Shown piece after piece: positions 23,050-35,040 of a stretch of DNA of 36,008 nucleotides. The stretch comes from Patellaria atrata CBS 101060 (lineage: Eukaryota). Each line of letters starts with the position of its first letter. Position 1 is the first letter of the stretch. The notes below the pieces were generated by a model. The model was given only the letters and a program-made list of their open reading frames with translations, made no database searches and was not told the origin of the DNA. The DNA lies in NCBI GenBank assembly GCA_010093705.1, contig MU006109.1, forward strand, positions 186,001-222,008, given 5' to 3'. The position numbers were made by a program, and so were the translations under genes.

Positions 23050-24189
23050 CTATATCCATCCGTACCGAGCTCCTGCGACCTGCGCTGAAGGAACAGGATG
23101 CATCCACTGCCCGTACACCACTTCGTTCGGGTATGCTTCATCATCATCTTCGAAGAAGAAACTATGTCCAGAGAGATTGGTATGTATTTCCGTGTCATAA
23201 CGGATCGGTAAGCCTTTTTCTGCCATTTTAGGAGCCGGAGGTTCTTCATCCTCACTCTCTGCATCATCCGAGCTTACAACACCTTCATCCTCCTCGTCAT
23301 CATCCTGCTCTGGAGGCTGAAATGGTTCTTCTAACTTTAACCCCTTGCCTTGCGGCTCTTGAAGACCCAAAGCAAGAAGTGGCTGATAAGGTTCCGGAGG
23401 ATCGTAAAGGCCCATGCCTATGAGTACTGGACCAGATTCTTTAGCATCTTTGTGATCTATGGTAGGCGGAACTTCGTCTGCAGGAGTGCGTGGGTGCTGG
23501 ATAGGGAGATATTCGGACTGAGCATGAACTGAACTAGTCCTGGGGTTGAAATCTAACTGCATGTGATGTAGAGGCAAAGGTTGTGGATATTGCATGGAGT
23601 TGTATGGACTGATGCCAAAATAATCGGTGGGTTGGTCTATGCTTCCGTTCCATGTTCGGGCGGGGAGATGTGGGAATGCGTTAGTTAACGTATCATATGG
23701 CGTAAAGTTGGCATTTGTGTTTGACTGATCCATCATTGGTACACCGCTCGGAAGATCGTGAGCGAAAGTGGCAGTTGATTGGAAATATTCAGAACTCCGG
23801 CCATCATGATAACGACCTGAAGATGAGGTAAATTGCGGTTGCGTTGACAAGTTCGAGGAGGATGGGTGCCAGCTTAAGGGACGAGTTGCAGCAACGCGGC
23901 CTGTAAATCCATCTGAAGTATGTTGTTCATCGGTGGATCCGAACATCATATTGAAATGATCGTCGAGGGTCGCGTATGCCTTCACATTAGAGGTAGTTCT
24001 TCGTCTTTCCACTCCATGGGGACTGCCGTGAGTGCTTCGAGGTTTTTCGATCCGAGCCATGTTCCTACCAGGCGTTGAATTGCCGTTGGAACTCCTTGAA
24101 TGCCTTCGAGAGAGTTGTGAGGAAGCCATTCTTCTTGAGACGTCACTAAGGACACTTTCATAATCATCATGGTTGGGAAAGACGGTCAT
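23050..24189 (-). CDS. Uncharacterised low-complexity protein, 379 aa, intronless
   Basis: ATG-initiated 379-aa ORF, S/P/R-rich N-terminus and acidic C-terminus. Short motif-like islands (RIEKPRS..GSP...RRRT, RPLSWHP, LIGMGLYD, GKGLKLEE.FQPP, NLSGHSFFF) resemble a filamentous-ascomycete hypothetical family as I recall it; no domain assigned. Confidence 0.85.
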   Translation of the reverse strand: MTVFPNHDDYESVLSDVSRRMASSQLSRRHSRSSNGNSTPGRNMARIEKPRSTHGSPHGVERRRTTSNVKAYATLDDHFNMMFGSTDEQHTSDGFTGRVAATRPLSWHPSSSNLSTQPQFTSSSGRYHDGRSSEYFQSTATFAHDLPSGVPMMDQSNTNANFTPYDTLTNAFPHLPARTWNGSIDQPTDYFGISPYNSMQYPQPLPLHHMQLDFNPRTSSVHAQSEYLPIQHPRTPADEVPPTIDHKDAKESGPVLIGMGLYDPPEPYQPLLALGLQEPQGKGLKLEEPFQPPEQDDDEEDEGVVSSDDAESEDEEPPAPKMAEKGLPIRYDTEIHTNLSGHSFFFEDDDEAYPNEVVYGQWMHPVPSAQVAGARYGWI

Positions 24190-26884
24190 GATGTACCAAA
24201 CACGGAAAGATTTCTTAAGGCAGAAATGGTCGTTAAGTCACAAGAAGGTAGCAATGCGAATCCATGTAGACGTATGGGGAAGAATTCACAAAGGGCTCCT
24301 TCATGTAGGAGCCCGAGTGACTATATCAAGGTCAGCCAACACCCTAAAAGTAGCGGGTAGATGCTTCCAGCAGATCGGCGAGCACCTGCAAGCCCCTACA
24401 TTAACCTCTTTATTATTTAAGAGTCATGGGAGATGCTAAAGGTAGGGACAGGGCTAGCACGCTCTCGCGATAAAGCGCCACTTGCAATCGTAAACGTACT
24501 GCAAGTGAGACGTCCTTCAAGGTCAAATACAAGACAAGCCAAAGCTGCCTCCTGCTGAATCTGGGGCTAATTAGAGACGATTAGTGACAGTGGCACGGTT
24601 AGTCCAAATGGTTCGGATAGGCTGATGCAAGCTTGTTCATCCAATCCACAAGCCAACGATGCAACTTACGAAAACGAATCATGAATAGTAAATGACAAAA
24701 ACAGACTAGGTCCTTTGGGTTCCTCTTGCGGCTGGACGCGCGGGTATGTACCATGGCGCAACGGAGGTGCGCACCGCATGATGTGAACAGAGAAAAGTCA
24801 AACACCAGAATGAAAGAGGACCAAATCGAGGCAAGTTGATTCGTGTGACTCCAGTTGCCGCTGAATAATGGCCACTTTCCGAAATGCCAGCATCGTCACC
24901 AGGACCTGGTGAGCCCCGAATCCTGGTTTAAAGGACGGGGCCGTGGGCAACAGTAGTAGGGTACGGTCCACTTTCAGTCCTGAACGGGCGGTCAAGGTTT
25001 TTAGCCTGAGCTGATGGTGTATCTAAAAATCGAGAGCAAGACGAGCATGTTGGACGATGGAGATCGTGCAAGGATCTAAAGAGACTGTGGGTGGTGAAGT
25101 CGATGCCGCAGCCAACAACGTACCCCTTGTTTAACCGCTTGTCAGAGTGGGTGAGCAAGCACAAATAATGGTCTGTATGCGTGAATAGCGTTCTTAGGGC
25201 TTTGTGCCCAATTATGATGATGGTAGGATAGTAATAATGAATGTGATAGAGGGGCGGCATATTACAGCCAGCTCTTCAATCCTCCTAAGGTCGTACAGTA
25301 GCACGGTACTGTGGGTTTTTTTGGGGATCTTAGGCTGGATTTCGGAACAAGACTGAAGAGTGGATAATCCACGCCTGTTCTCCACTTTTGGTTGATTCGA
25401 GGATTTGCTTGGATTATTTTCGCCAATTTATAGCAAGCGATCTCAGATTTCCAGCGCGCAAATCAGAATAATAATGATGGGTTGATGAGTGATAGCCCGT
25501 GATTCGCTATTCACCCTCGAACCGACCACCGTTGCGATTTTCCAGAAAAGCCCCTGGACGAGAATAAATGGGCGATGGATGGGGCCTAAACAACCGTGTG
25601 GTCTGCAGCGCCAGACACCGCCTACCACAGCTGTCCAGTAGTAGGAGTAACCAGAGGAATGCCCAATAGTGGCACATATCTGAAGGTTGTGGTAGTTTTT
25701 TTTGATGATTGCTCTCAGCCCTCATGCATGGTAGCAGTCTCGCAGAACTACGACATTGCGGCAGCCTCTCATAGTGCTCGTTCAAAAAGCAAAAGGTCGC
25801 CCACCTTATGACCGGCCTGCCTGATGCCCACGCACCACGCTACGTCTTACAGATGAAGGCTTTGTCAAGCAGGATCTGCATTTTGCAGAAATGGGATTAT
25901 TTGATGATGCTTCTACTGTACAGTAAGTTCAGACATGGGCCCGCAACGGAGATTGCAAGCAATCAGAAGGCCAGGAATTTGGTTTGCCTTGGGTCTTATG
26001 CTTCGTTTCGCCTAAGGAACAAGACGGGTTGAACCTTTCAGCCTCCGCCCCGTCGCCGTCACCTTCGTTGTTGTCTGGGTTTCGAAGCATGGGGCTGCTA
26101 ACGCTTCTAGCCGTATGAAACTAAGAGCTGCGAGCTCTAACCGGACTGGCAAAGCAGAACCAGTTGCATGGAATATGCCTAGCGGTTACCACATCATGCA
26201 AGCCAAACGACTGGCACCGTGGCCGAAGTCAAAGGAGCTTTTTTCGTTGCATGTGGATTCCCGACGGGACACTCTGGACCGTCAGACAAACTTTCGCTGC
26301 CTGTGTGGAGTGACATGCTTGGCTTTGAAACGTTGAATAATGTACCCTCCAAAATCCATGCGTCTCTAGTTATCATGCAGTCGTCCAGTAGTGGTTGAGC
26401 GGGAATGAGAGGAAACATTGCTTCAAGTTCAAGTTCATGCCTCCGTTAAGACCGAATCGATTGTCTTATCGATTGAGATAGTATAAGGCCCGCTCCACTG
26501 ACCGTTCAAGGCCCATAACTCCATATTCGTATTCCAAACCGCGGCATCGTCCTTCGGTTTGTAGAACGTCACAACTCGGAATGCAGTCAATTTACTGTAT
26601 GAAGAAAAGGATAAACTTAGCTTAATAGATGCCTTCCTGCCATTTCGTACAATGCGCGTACAAGGGCATCTTTTGATGATGAAAACAGTCAAACCCAGAG
26701 AACACAAGGAAAACGCCGCGGTTAGAAGACGTGGGTCAATATCGGCAAAACCAGTTCAGCGTAATAAACACCATCATGTTCCATGTCCTAGCAACAACGG
26801 GCATGTCTCGGTGGTTTACAAATTGTTAACCTCAAAATCATGAATCATCTCAATTTTCATGGAGCATAAGTTCCAAAGTACATG

Positions 26885-27008
26885 TACTGTAGGGTACTTG
26901 GTACTGTACACCTTACTGTAGCCCGATGTACTTCCATACCAATACATCTTCCGTACTCGGCTGTAGCCTGGCAAAGGCAAAGCCCAGATGAAAGTCGTGA
27001 GTACTGTA
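26885..27008. repeat. Cluster of TACTGTA motifs
   Basis: Exact copies start at 26885, 26902, 26914 and 27002, among further GTAC cores. Confidence 0.75.
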
Positions 27009-30000
27009 GATCGAGTTATTAGATGCAGCCATGCAGCATTAACTTCCCTACTATTTGCTGCAAGCCTGCGACTGTAACGCCTGTTTAATCACTTGATCAA
27101 TTGTTCCTCTTTCCAAGTACTTTTCCGTTTCTTTTCTCTCAGAGTCTACGTATGAATTAGACAGTCATGCAATGTGACATCCGACCAGCACGCATGTCCG
27201 TTTTCCAGGAGGCGCCAGGCTACACGATCCTTGACTCGTGTGTCAATGGAAAGATCGTCACTTTTAAGTTCAGGAGTCAAAGGAACGAAATAGTGGATGA
27301 AATGATGGATGGATGGTGATTTCCGTACTGTACAGTGCAGGAAAAGAATCCCGCTTCCCATCGTAAGCGGTGGGCGGCGAAGTTTCTATGTATGGGTAAG
27401 CCGATGATAAGACGAGGAATGTCCATGGTGCAACATCCCCGAGGGCCTTAAGGCCACAATTATCGACAAGTCTCAGGATAGCTGGGTGACAGCCTGGAGT
27501 TCAAAGGACTCAGGAGGCAGCCAACCAATTCTCACTTCTCACAGCCGAAGCGCCGATATCCTTGGGGAAGCCGCGAAAAGCTCATCGTCTTCCGCTGATC
27601 GACGTACAGGGGTTACGAGTTTCTGCGTCGCCTGGGATCTGAAGGAGAGACCGGGGCTGGAGGTCTACGGTAAAGACAGAAGACTAGCAAAGTACGAACA
27701 AGGCGAAGAGTTGGTGTGAACCGTCACGACCGTAAGCATGGGGTTTCTGCCAGCAGCGCACCACTTGTCTCTCACCAAAGGGCCAAGATTCCCCCTTTGC
27801 AGTCTCTTTGAGTTTGTGTAGCGTATGCCCGGATCATACAATGCCGCTAGCTCTTTGCCGCTGGTAACGCTCTGAGGTCTCCACCGAATCGTTCTTCCGT
27901 TGTTGACGCAATCTCAAACATATTTACTTTACATAGTACCACGCACTTTACCCTTCTAAGAACCACCTACCGCCATGTGTACATCCGTCAATCAGTTATT
28001 CAATCGTGTATAAACCAATTTCATTGGTAGAGATAGTCTTTCCTATTAACTTCGCCCTGGATATATTGCTCTATTAACTGCGCAGTGTGTCAAACACAAT
28101 TTGTATGTTTTATCTATCTCGAATTCTCGATTCACAGTACTGTACCGGATCTAGTATCCAACCATCTATCTGCTTCCCCTTTGTGGATCTTCGCAATTTA
28201 AATCACTATTCAAGTACATGTCTTTCATCTTTGTTCTGCTTTGTACAAGAGCTATTTCCACACCGATAAATCAACGAATCTGTTGGTGTAGAAAGACTTG
28301 AAATTACTGTAGTACGATTTTCCGTTTCGACACAACTCCTTGCAAATTATCAGGTCACCACCAGTAAGGTTTAAACTCTCCAGCACTCACCCACTACTAC
28401 GTCTGAAATCGCTATGTATCAAGAATTATTACTTGATCAAACTGAATATAGGGGCCCGTTTTATGGGCCAGAAGAGGCAACTGATTTGCTCTCCATACCA
28501 CCCCCTAAGTATCCAGCAACTTGTGACGTACGCGTGTACTGCGGTTAAAAAGTCCCACGAGGTTACCGGGGGTTAAACGATCCTATTCAAAACGTGGCGT
28601 CCCAGATAGAAAAAAGCAAAGGGTATGTCCCGTGTGTACTTGTGCCGTGTGCGGGATGCGTCAAATTGTGGACGCCTTAACGGCACCGGCTTGGACCAGC
28701 TTGGGCCGTTGTTCCCAAGGGGTCCTTAGGCTTGTTGTCTCCGTAAGGTTCCGTGGCTCGTTACGAGCGTGCAACGAGGATCAACCGCTCTCCGACGGGG
28801 CTGATGACCGGATCTAGCGAGCAGATGAAAAGATGAAGGGGATCAGAAAATACACCTCTTAGGCTTCTTAAACGCTAAACCGGTAGCGGCCGAGGGGTGA
28901 TATTCTTATTGACTCGCTTTTCCCGTAAGGACCGTAACCCTTCTTCCCCAAGGATGTTAATCGGACGATCTGAATCTAATACAAGCTCAGTCTCCCCCTT
29001 GATTTACAGCACTTTTCAATAATCTAGCGTTCTAGAATTCTCGGCACTTTCCCGCCACCGCAACTTCGCAAGCAAAGGTTCATCCTTACAGTTGTAGGAG
29101 ATACAAACACAGAGGTTACAACGCTCCTTTCGGTGATCCAACAAACAGCTTTTGATGCAAAGTGCAAATCAACGGGCAAAGTTACATAGCTTCATCCATA
29201 CTCATCCATGTTGCCCTTCGATCTAAGCTTAACTCAGTTGACAGTATTGAGTACAGAAACTGCCGTCGGTATGAATGCGGGATCTTGCTTTGAACAGAAT
29301 CCTGATTCACCACAATGTAGTCATGTACGGACGTACACCTTCCATCCTCGGTTGCGTTGTGGGAGGGACAGCAGCGGGAACTTTTTCGACTAGCACAAGG
29401 GATCTCGCAACATGGTCTTCATGATACATACAGCGAGAAAAAGTAGCCGTCCAGACGTTCAGCTTGCAGGTTAAGCGTCACGCGCTCCTTTAGTTTTAAT
29501 ACCCGCAGACTCATCCGACTGCGGCCATATCAACCCTTCATCAAAGTGCATAGCGTACTTTATGTATCGTACAGGTACGTATTCTTCCGCACTTCTGGAT
29601 CACCATCCGTATTGGCTCCTTGACCGTCTTGCTTCCTTGCAGATTATGTCTCTGTTACCGCTTATTATCTTCCTACGGACTGTGGCTTGATCAAGTCTCG
29701 GTAGGTCACAGCGCTCTCTCACACAATTGCATGACGTTTTATAAAGATGAACCCTGGGGGTTGGGGCACTACTACTGGGGAACGGTGGAAAGCATCCCCC
29801 GTCTGGGAAATCAAAATGGTTGGAACCCGCATCTGCAACTTTACTGCAGACATCCGGCCGTGATCCCATCCCACCGATCACTTTGTGCGTTTGCGCTACC
29901 CACCTGCAGGACGCGGCTAGTGAAATATATCAACAAGCGGGGACACGGAAAATTTATCATCATTAGACATTACCAAGTCTCCAGGAGTACTTTAACCTGT

Positions 30001-31604
30001 GGGAGACTGAACAAGAACATGCCAGCGTTTAGCCAAGCGGCTACTCCATGCATCAGAGATCAATCAGTCAAGCAGCCATATGGTTATTCTTCACACTAGT
30101 AAGCGTGTGTCATGGGATCCAGGAGAAACAAGAAACACTGTCACCACGAATATTAGAGAAGAAGATGTGCGCTGGATCCATCCACTGCATCTCCCTACCG
30201 GAAAGTCGTCCTACGAGCCTGCGGGATATTGGTCAATATGTCCACCGTTCTAATCTCCTTGTAAATACATGAGGCTACTACCTTACAGTATACTGCCTTT
30301 TAAGTCTGGAAGGAAAAATTCTGGACCCTTCAAAAGCATTCAGCATCCGGTCGAGGCATGACGGGAATATATACTCCCTGCACGTCAGCATGATTTAATT
30401 CTAATCCACATCTTACGGACTTTCCCCGGACATTCCGATAATGATAGTAAGGTTTCGCCTAAAGAAAAAAAAATGATCCCAGAATATTGTCGTTAAGATC
30501 AGTGTCAGTAATATGCTTACGGTTACATGCGGCCACAGTTTCATATATCGTCAAACATCAAGTCTTCTCGTTTAGGCAGTCAATGTTTCTTTTCCTTGTA
30601 TAACACTTTTCAAGCTTACTCTATTATGGTCATCATCGTCCGAGGACCTGTTTCACGAAGGAATGAATCCTGAACGAGTTGCAAAGTCGGAGATTTCCTC
30701 GTACTTGTACTGTACCCTAGGACTAACTTACGTATTACCGCTCGATGCATATCATTATTTTTCTCTGCATGGTCACACATTTCTGCTTGGGCTTCTCGCC
30801 AGAGTCGCCACATGTTGATTACAACAACTTCAGCTCCGGTTCGCATGGGCAGTGGATCACTGTCTGGAATCCGGTCTTGCTTTCTTTTTCCTTCACCGCA
30901 CCCACAGCAAGAGTTTCACCAATATATACCCTCGCTTGGTTAATATGCTTCAAGGATTGACGTTCTACCGCCTTTTAAACTTTCGCATTACTACCGACGC
31001 ATCCATCGCTCGTTATACGAGTGGAGAATAATAATGATGTGAGGAAGGATCTTGCAGTGAGACTTCGATAAGATCTCTGCCTGTTAGACTTCATGTCATG
31101 ATCTAACAATCCCCGTAATAACAAACCCGCTTAATAAATGAGTTCGAGATCTACGGTGAGAATATCAGGAACACCTGCCCCTTTAGGAAGCCTGATTACT
31201 ATCGAGACAATCCCGCGTCGCTAGCTTCGAGCACTTAATTGTCTTATAGTGCCCTTTTCTATTCTCCGTACTTCTGTAGCACATACTACTTTTCGTCGTC
31301 TTCCGTCAGTGTTCAGATAAGTGATCCTGATCACAGTTCTCGTTTCCGCAACATCTCCGGACTCAAAACAAGGCAGGGCGTATTAGGATATGACGGTTTC
31401 GTCGAGGAAGATCATATGTGAATGATTGGCGCTTAAGGTTGGCTACTTCTGCATATCTTGCTATCTGCTGTTGTTCATTCCACACCGTCCATTCTTAGAC
31501 ATACCTTTGGAGTACGACTTGACCCATTATCTACAGTTGCCTTACTGAACCAGTCTTCATTTCAATATCATTAGTTGAAGATTTCCATTCAAACGAGACC
31601 CACC

Positions 31605-32495
31605 TCATGCCGTGCTCCTCCATAGTTCTCTAAACTTCACAAAACCAGCAATGCTGCCAAACAAGCCCACCCAGGCATCGCTCACCAGTCCCTCCTCTAA
31701 GCTCCAATGTATAGTCAAAGGCGCAAACGCCGCGTTCACAATAACCTCATCCCACCATCTCTTATCCTCCTCCCCCCTCTCCCTCTCCCTCAACTTATCC
31801 TCCTTCTCCCCATCCCCTTCCTTGCCCTTCCCTTCCCCCATCCTAACCCACCATTCTCTCCCCAACCTCGCAAACACCAACGCCACATCCGCCGCCCAAA
31901 ACATGCTACTCCAGCACCACAGCCTCAACTGCCTCTTCTCGTCCCACCGCGGCCCGCTTAACACCCCATGCTGCGCCAGATAAGCCATGTTCTCGAGCAC
32001 CTGATACGGTACATTGACCGCGATCTGCGCCCACACCAATCTCCTGACGACGCCGTCTCGAGGCGGCGAGGCCAGCACGCCCCGCGCCCACGCCCATATC
32101 CCCACCATCCCCCATAGCCGGAAGAAGATCCTGTAGTCAGCGATCAGGTCCGCGAGGCTCTTTGCGCCCCGCTGGAGCGCGAGGAGGCGCGCGATCCGCG
32201 GGGGTGTAGGGAGGGATGCGATGATGGTTTCGCCGGGGAGCAGTGCGGTCGAGGCTTTGCTCGCGATGTCGGAGGCTAGCTGGGAGAGGTGCGTGGAGAG
32301 GTGCGTGGAGAGGCGGGCGTGCAGGAGCGTCAGGGTGTAGCAGAGGGTTAGGAGGGTTGTGTCGATGCCGTTGGGGGTGGAGAGGATGCGCGCGAGGTGA
32401 GAGATCGTGCGGTCGGTGTGGGAGAGTGAGCGTTGGAGGAGGGCATGGAGGTGGAAGGGGGGTAGGTTGGTTTTGGAAGGGGGTTCGCTGGCCAT
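31605..32495 (-). CDS. PEX11: PEX11-family peroxisomal membrane protein (probably Pex11C-like clade), 296 aa, intronless
   Basis: Family-like segments: HLARILSTPNGIDTTLLTLCY, ADYRIFFRLWGM, YQVLENMAYLAQHGVL, WSSMFWAADV, NAAFAPLTIHWSLEEG and C-terminal hydrophobic WVGLFGSIAG. The subclade is tentative. Confidence 0.82.
   Translation of the reverse strand: MASEPPSKTNLPPFHLHALLQRSLSHTDRTISHLARILSTPNGIDTTLLTLCYTLTLLHARLSTHLSTHLSQLASDIASKASTALLPGETIIASLPTPPRIARLLALQRGAKSLADLIADYRIFFRLWGMVGIWAWARGVLASPPRDGVVRRLVWAQIAVNVPYQVLENMAYLAQHGVLSGPRWDEKRQLRLWCWSSMFWAADVALVFARLGREWWVRMGEGKGKEGDGEKEDKLRERERGEEDKRWWDEVIVNAAFAPLTIHWSLEEGLVSDAWVGLFGSIAGFVKFRELWRSTA
32283..32313 (+). repeat. 12-bp tandem repeat (GGAGAGGTGCGT x2.6) encoding LSTH-LSTH-LS in the PEX11-family gene
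   Basis: Read directly. Confidence 0.8.
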
Positions 32496-33235
32496 GTAGA
32501 TGGTTTTTGTGTTTGCTGGATAGGGCCTTTTGATGGCGTAGTTGTGTGATAGCTCCTAAGAAGTCTTTTGTGAGATTTGTGGAATTGAATGTGTGGGGGC
32601 TTTGTGTGTTGATATCGTATGGGATTGGGGTAGCTTGCTCGTCCGCCGATGCACTCCCGCTACCGAGGCTCTTCGTCACTGTTGTCAGAGCTACAGATCT
32701 CCATCATAACTATCTTTTTACATCCTAAAAGTCACCTACCCAGTATAAAGTATCAGCGGTAACCATGCCCACTTACCTCTTCTACTGTAACCTGCGTCGT
32801 GATATGTGGGGTAGATCGCGCTGCTGTCATTGATAGCCTACAAACCCCATACTATACAGTATCCTCCTCCGACTCACCTCGTCCGGATCTACCGCCGAAT
32901 ACTAGAAAGAGAACACGACGAAGTCTTACCGAGAAAACTTAAGAGCTACAGATGCTTTACTGACATCGGGAAGGAGGTCCACTGGCCCATGAGCACTGTT
33001 TCCTCCTCGACCATCACGACGGTATTAGTCGTTTCTCAGGAAACTCATGACTTTAGACTACAATTCTACGCGGTAATACAACTTCTCTATCGAGCGAGGA
33101 GATATTGACACGCAGATAGTGAGGGGTCACACCACAAGAATAGATACACAAGGTCGGCGAAAACACCACCGAGGGAATATTGTATTCTCGTTGAAGAGAT
33201 GCTCACAACATTCAACCATTACCTCACTTCGTGAT

Positions 33236-33704
33236 CTAACCACACGATTGAATAAGGACCGCACGCGGGGAGTGTTGGATTATATCGCAGGAATAAATAA
33301 CCACGTTAGTGGAACCAGCGCTGAGGGAGCATAATAAACCACGAAAATCTTGGACGACCATAACAGCTTCATACTGTTTAGTGATACGGAGACAGGTAAG
33401 GGATGCAAATTCGAAATACTCATACTGGTAGTCATATGTCTCGGGCTGGAAAGTAGGCTTTTTCCAATATATACCCCTATAATCCAGGAAGGCCAAGAAT
33501 GTACATGAAGTGAACACTAGCTTCACAGTCTCTTTCCTTTCCCAAATTCTCTTTCTCATTGGGATCTATTTCCATACTGGCTTATCCCTCAGTAAGGCGA
33601 TTCCTGGAGCCGACGTTGAGGCCGTAGTCTATCCTCTCGACCAACGTACAACCGTGTGAGGGAAGACGTAGAGCAGTGATCTCCTTGCTACTAGAATAAG
33701 CCAT
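33236..33704 (-). pseudogene. Possible decayed gene fragment (F-box-like N-terminus?)
   Basis: Broken frames on minus: ATG 33704 MAYSSSKE...*, then MEIDPNEKENLGKERDCEASVHFMYILGLPGL*GYILEKAYF, and in another frame ASLTCLRITKQYEA. These loosely resemble the 'FL.LP.E+R..IY' and 'LL...+q+y.EA' patterns of fungal F-box-like proteins. Weak evidence. Confidence 0.2.
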
Positions 33705-34726
33705 GGATTGTTTAAAGTAATTCAAGAGTATTCGGTCGAGAATGACCAGCGGTGGTATATCTATCCTAATAGCAATCTTAACGCATAGAGTACCTCTCTC
33801 GCGATACCTGGTTATAGTATTATCCCTAGTATGTATACAAGGTCTATTTATATCTACTACTATCTTTACATTCTTAACCCGTCTCCCTCTAGTTTCCGTC
33901 TATCCGCTCTATATATAGTGTACACTATTGACTTTTGCCCGTTATAAGATACCGATAGCGTTGGACAGCAACATCGGAGTTCTAGAAAAGGCGAGCATTT
34001 ATTCCGTTAGGGGTTCGGCGGTAGAGCGAGGACGTGTCTTAGATACTACTCTAGTCCTCTCATATGTCCTCTTCTATTCTGAAAATCGATCATGCTATCG
34101 ATCCTTCTTCACCATCTAATGATAGTGATCCTAAGGTGTTTGCATTGTATTTACTCATTCACACTTTCACTGTCCACGATATTTGACATTGTGCTCATAC
34201 GGAGTACTTATTACCATCACCATGACATTAATTCTGTATAACACATCTTCCTCGCTAGTGTTTCTTACCGTCCCCGTCACATATAAACCAACCCAAGTAA
34301 TAATACTCAATCCATCTAAGACGACAGATCCCACATCCACATCCATACACACAAAAACGGAACTCACAACACGGTTCCCTCGAAAGTACTCGAGACCCCC
34401 TCCTTCTACCCTCCGGTCCAGACTCCGATAAAGAAAAAGACTCAAACTCACCTCTTCAATAACACCCCTCCAACAACCGTAACACAACTTCATTTAAACG
34501 AACCATATCCCCCTTTTCCAAACTCAACCCCTTAACTATAGACCTCGCTCCCTTTTCTCGAGTAGCTGACGACGGGACATCGGGAAACAGGGACGGGAGG
34601 GGAATCTCGACGTGGCGCTCAGCTCATTTCCCCAGCAACGAAGATCACGTACGAGAGCAGTCCGTTCTCGATGAGGTTCGAAGCGCGTCGCGAAAATTGG
34701 CATGTGCGTCAATACATAAGCCGGGA

Positions 34727-34930
34727 TCATTCGGACCGACACGTGGGTCGGCATGAGACAGCGGGTGAGCGAGTACACGCGTGTCGACTATTCGAAGAGC
34801 GGGAAGTTGGGGAAGAGGTGGAAGGAGAGATGTCGGAGTGCGGGGAGCTCTTGAGTTCGATGCGCGGGCTCTGGGAAGAGCTGGTGGAGGGCTTCTGCGC
34901 TTCTGAGTTTGAGACTTTTGGTGTACTCAT
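34727..34930 (-). CDS. Candidate orphan Ser/Pro-rich small ORF (67 aa) or non-coding transcript
   Basis: First ATG after an ATG-free C/A-rich leader (about 35220-34931 on minus); G/T-rich 3'UTR-like sequence follows below about 34535. No recognisable homology. Confidence 0.22.
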   Translation of the reverse strand: MSTPKVSNSEAQKPSTSSSQSPRIELKSSPHSDISPSTSSPTSRSSNSRHACTRSPAVSCRPTCRSE

Positions 34931-35004
34931 CGGGTTGGGTTAGGCCCTTCGGGTTGTTGCGGTTTGGGGGGAGTGCGCGGGCTTGGTGTAGAGGATGGGA
35001 GGTG

Positions 35005-35040
35005 GTGGCTGCTGTAGAGGTTGTGTGGCTGCTATAGAGG
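35005..35040 (+). repeat. Direct repeat GTGGCTGCT(G/A)TAGAGG x2, 20-bp period
   Basis: Copies at 35005-35020 and 35025-35040 differ at one base; followed by GGTAAGTGA x2. Confidence 0.8.

Noticed and set aside
28785..28865. Hammerhead-like core CTGATGA...GAAA
   Set aside because: Stem II does not close next to the core (unpaired CCGG), and I could not form stems I and III together around a UH cleavage site.
29620..30099. 159-aa ORF in the gene desert
   Set aside because: TTG start, no codon bias, no recognisable motif or splice structure.
27730..30522. Recurrent CCGTAAG/CTTACGG (27730, 28741, 28923, 30412, 30516)
   Set aside because: Modest count, picked post hoc, and it also occurs inside TEL1 coding sequence; not distinguishable from chance without statistics.
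31612..32679. Several overlapping ORFs (Pro/His/Arg-rich or Gly/Arg-rich) around the PEX11-family gene
   Set aside because: Products of extreme C/G skew in alternative frames of the real gene.
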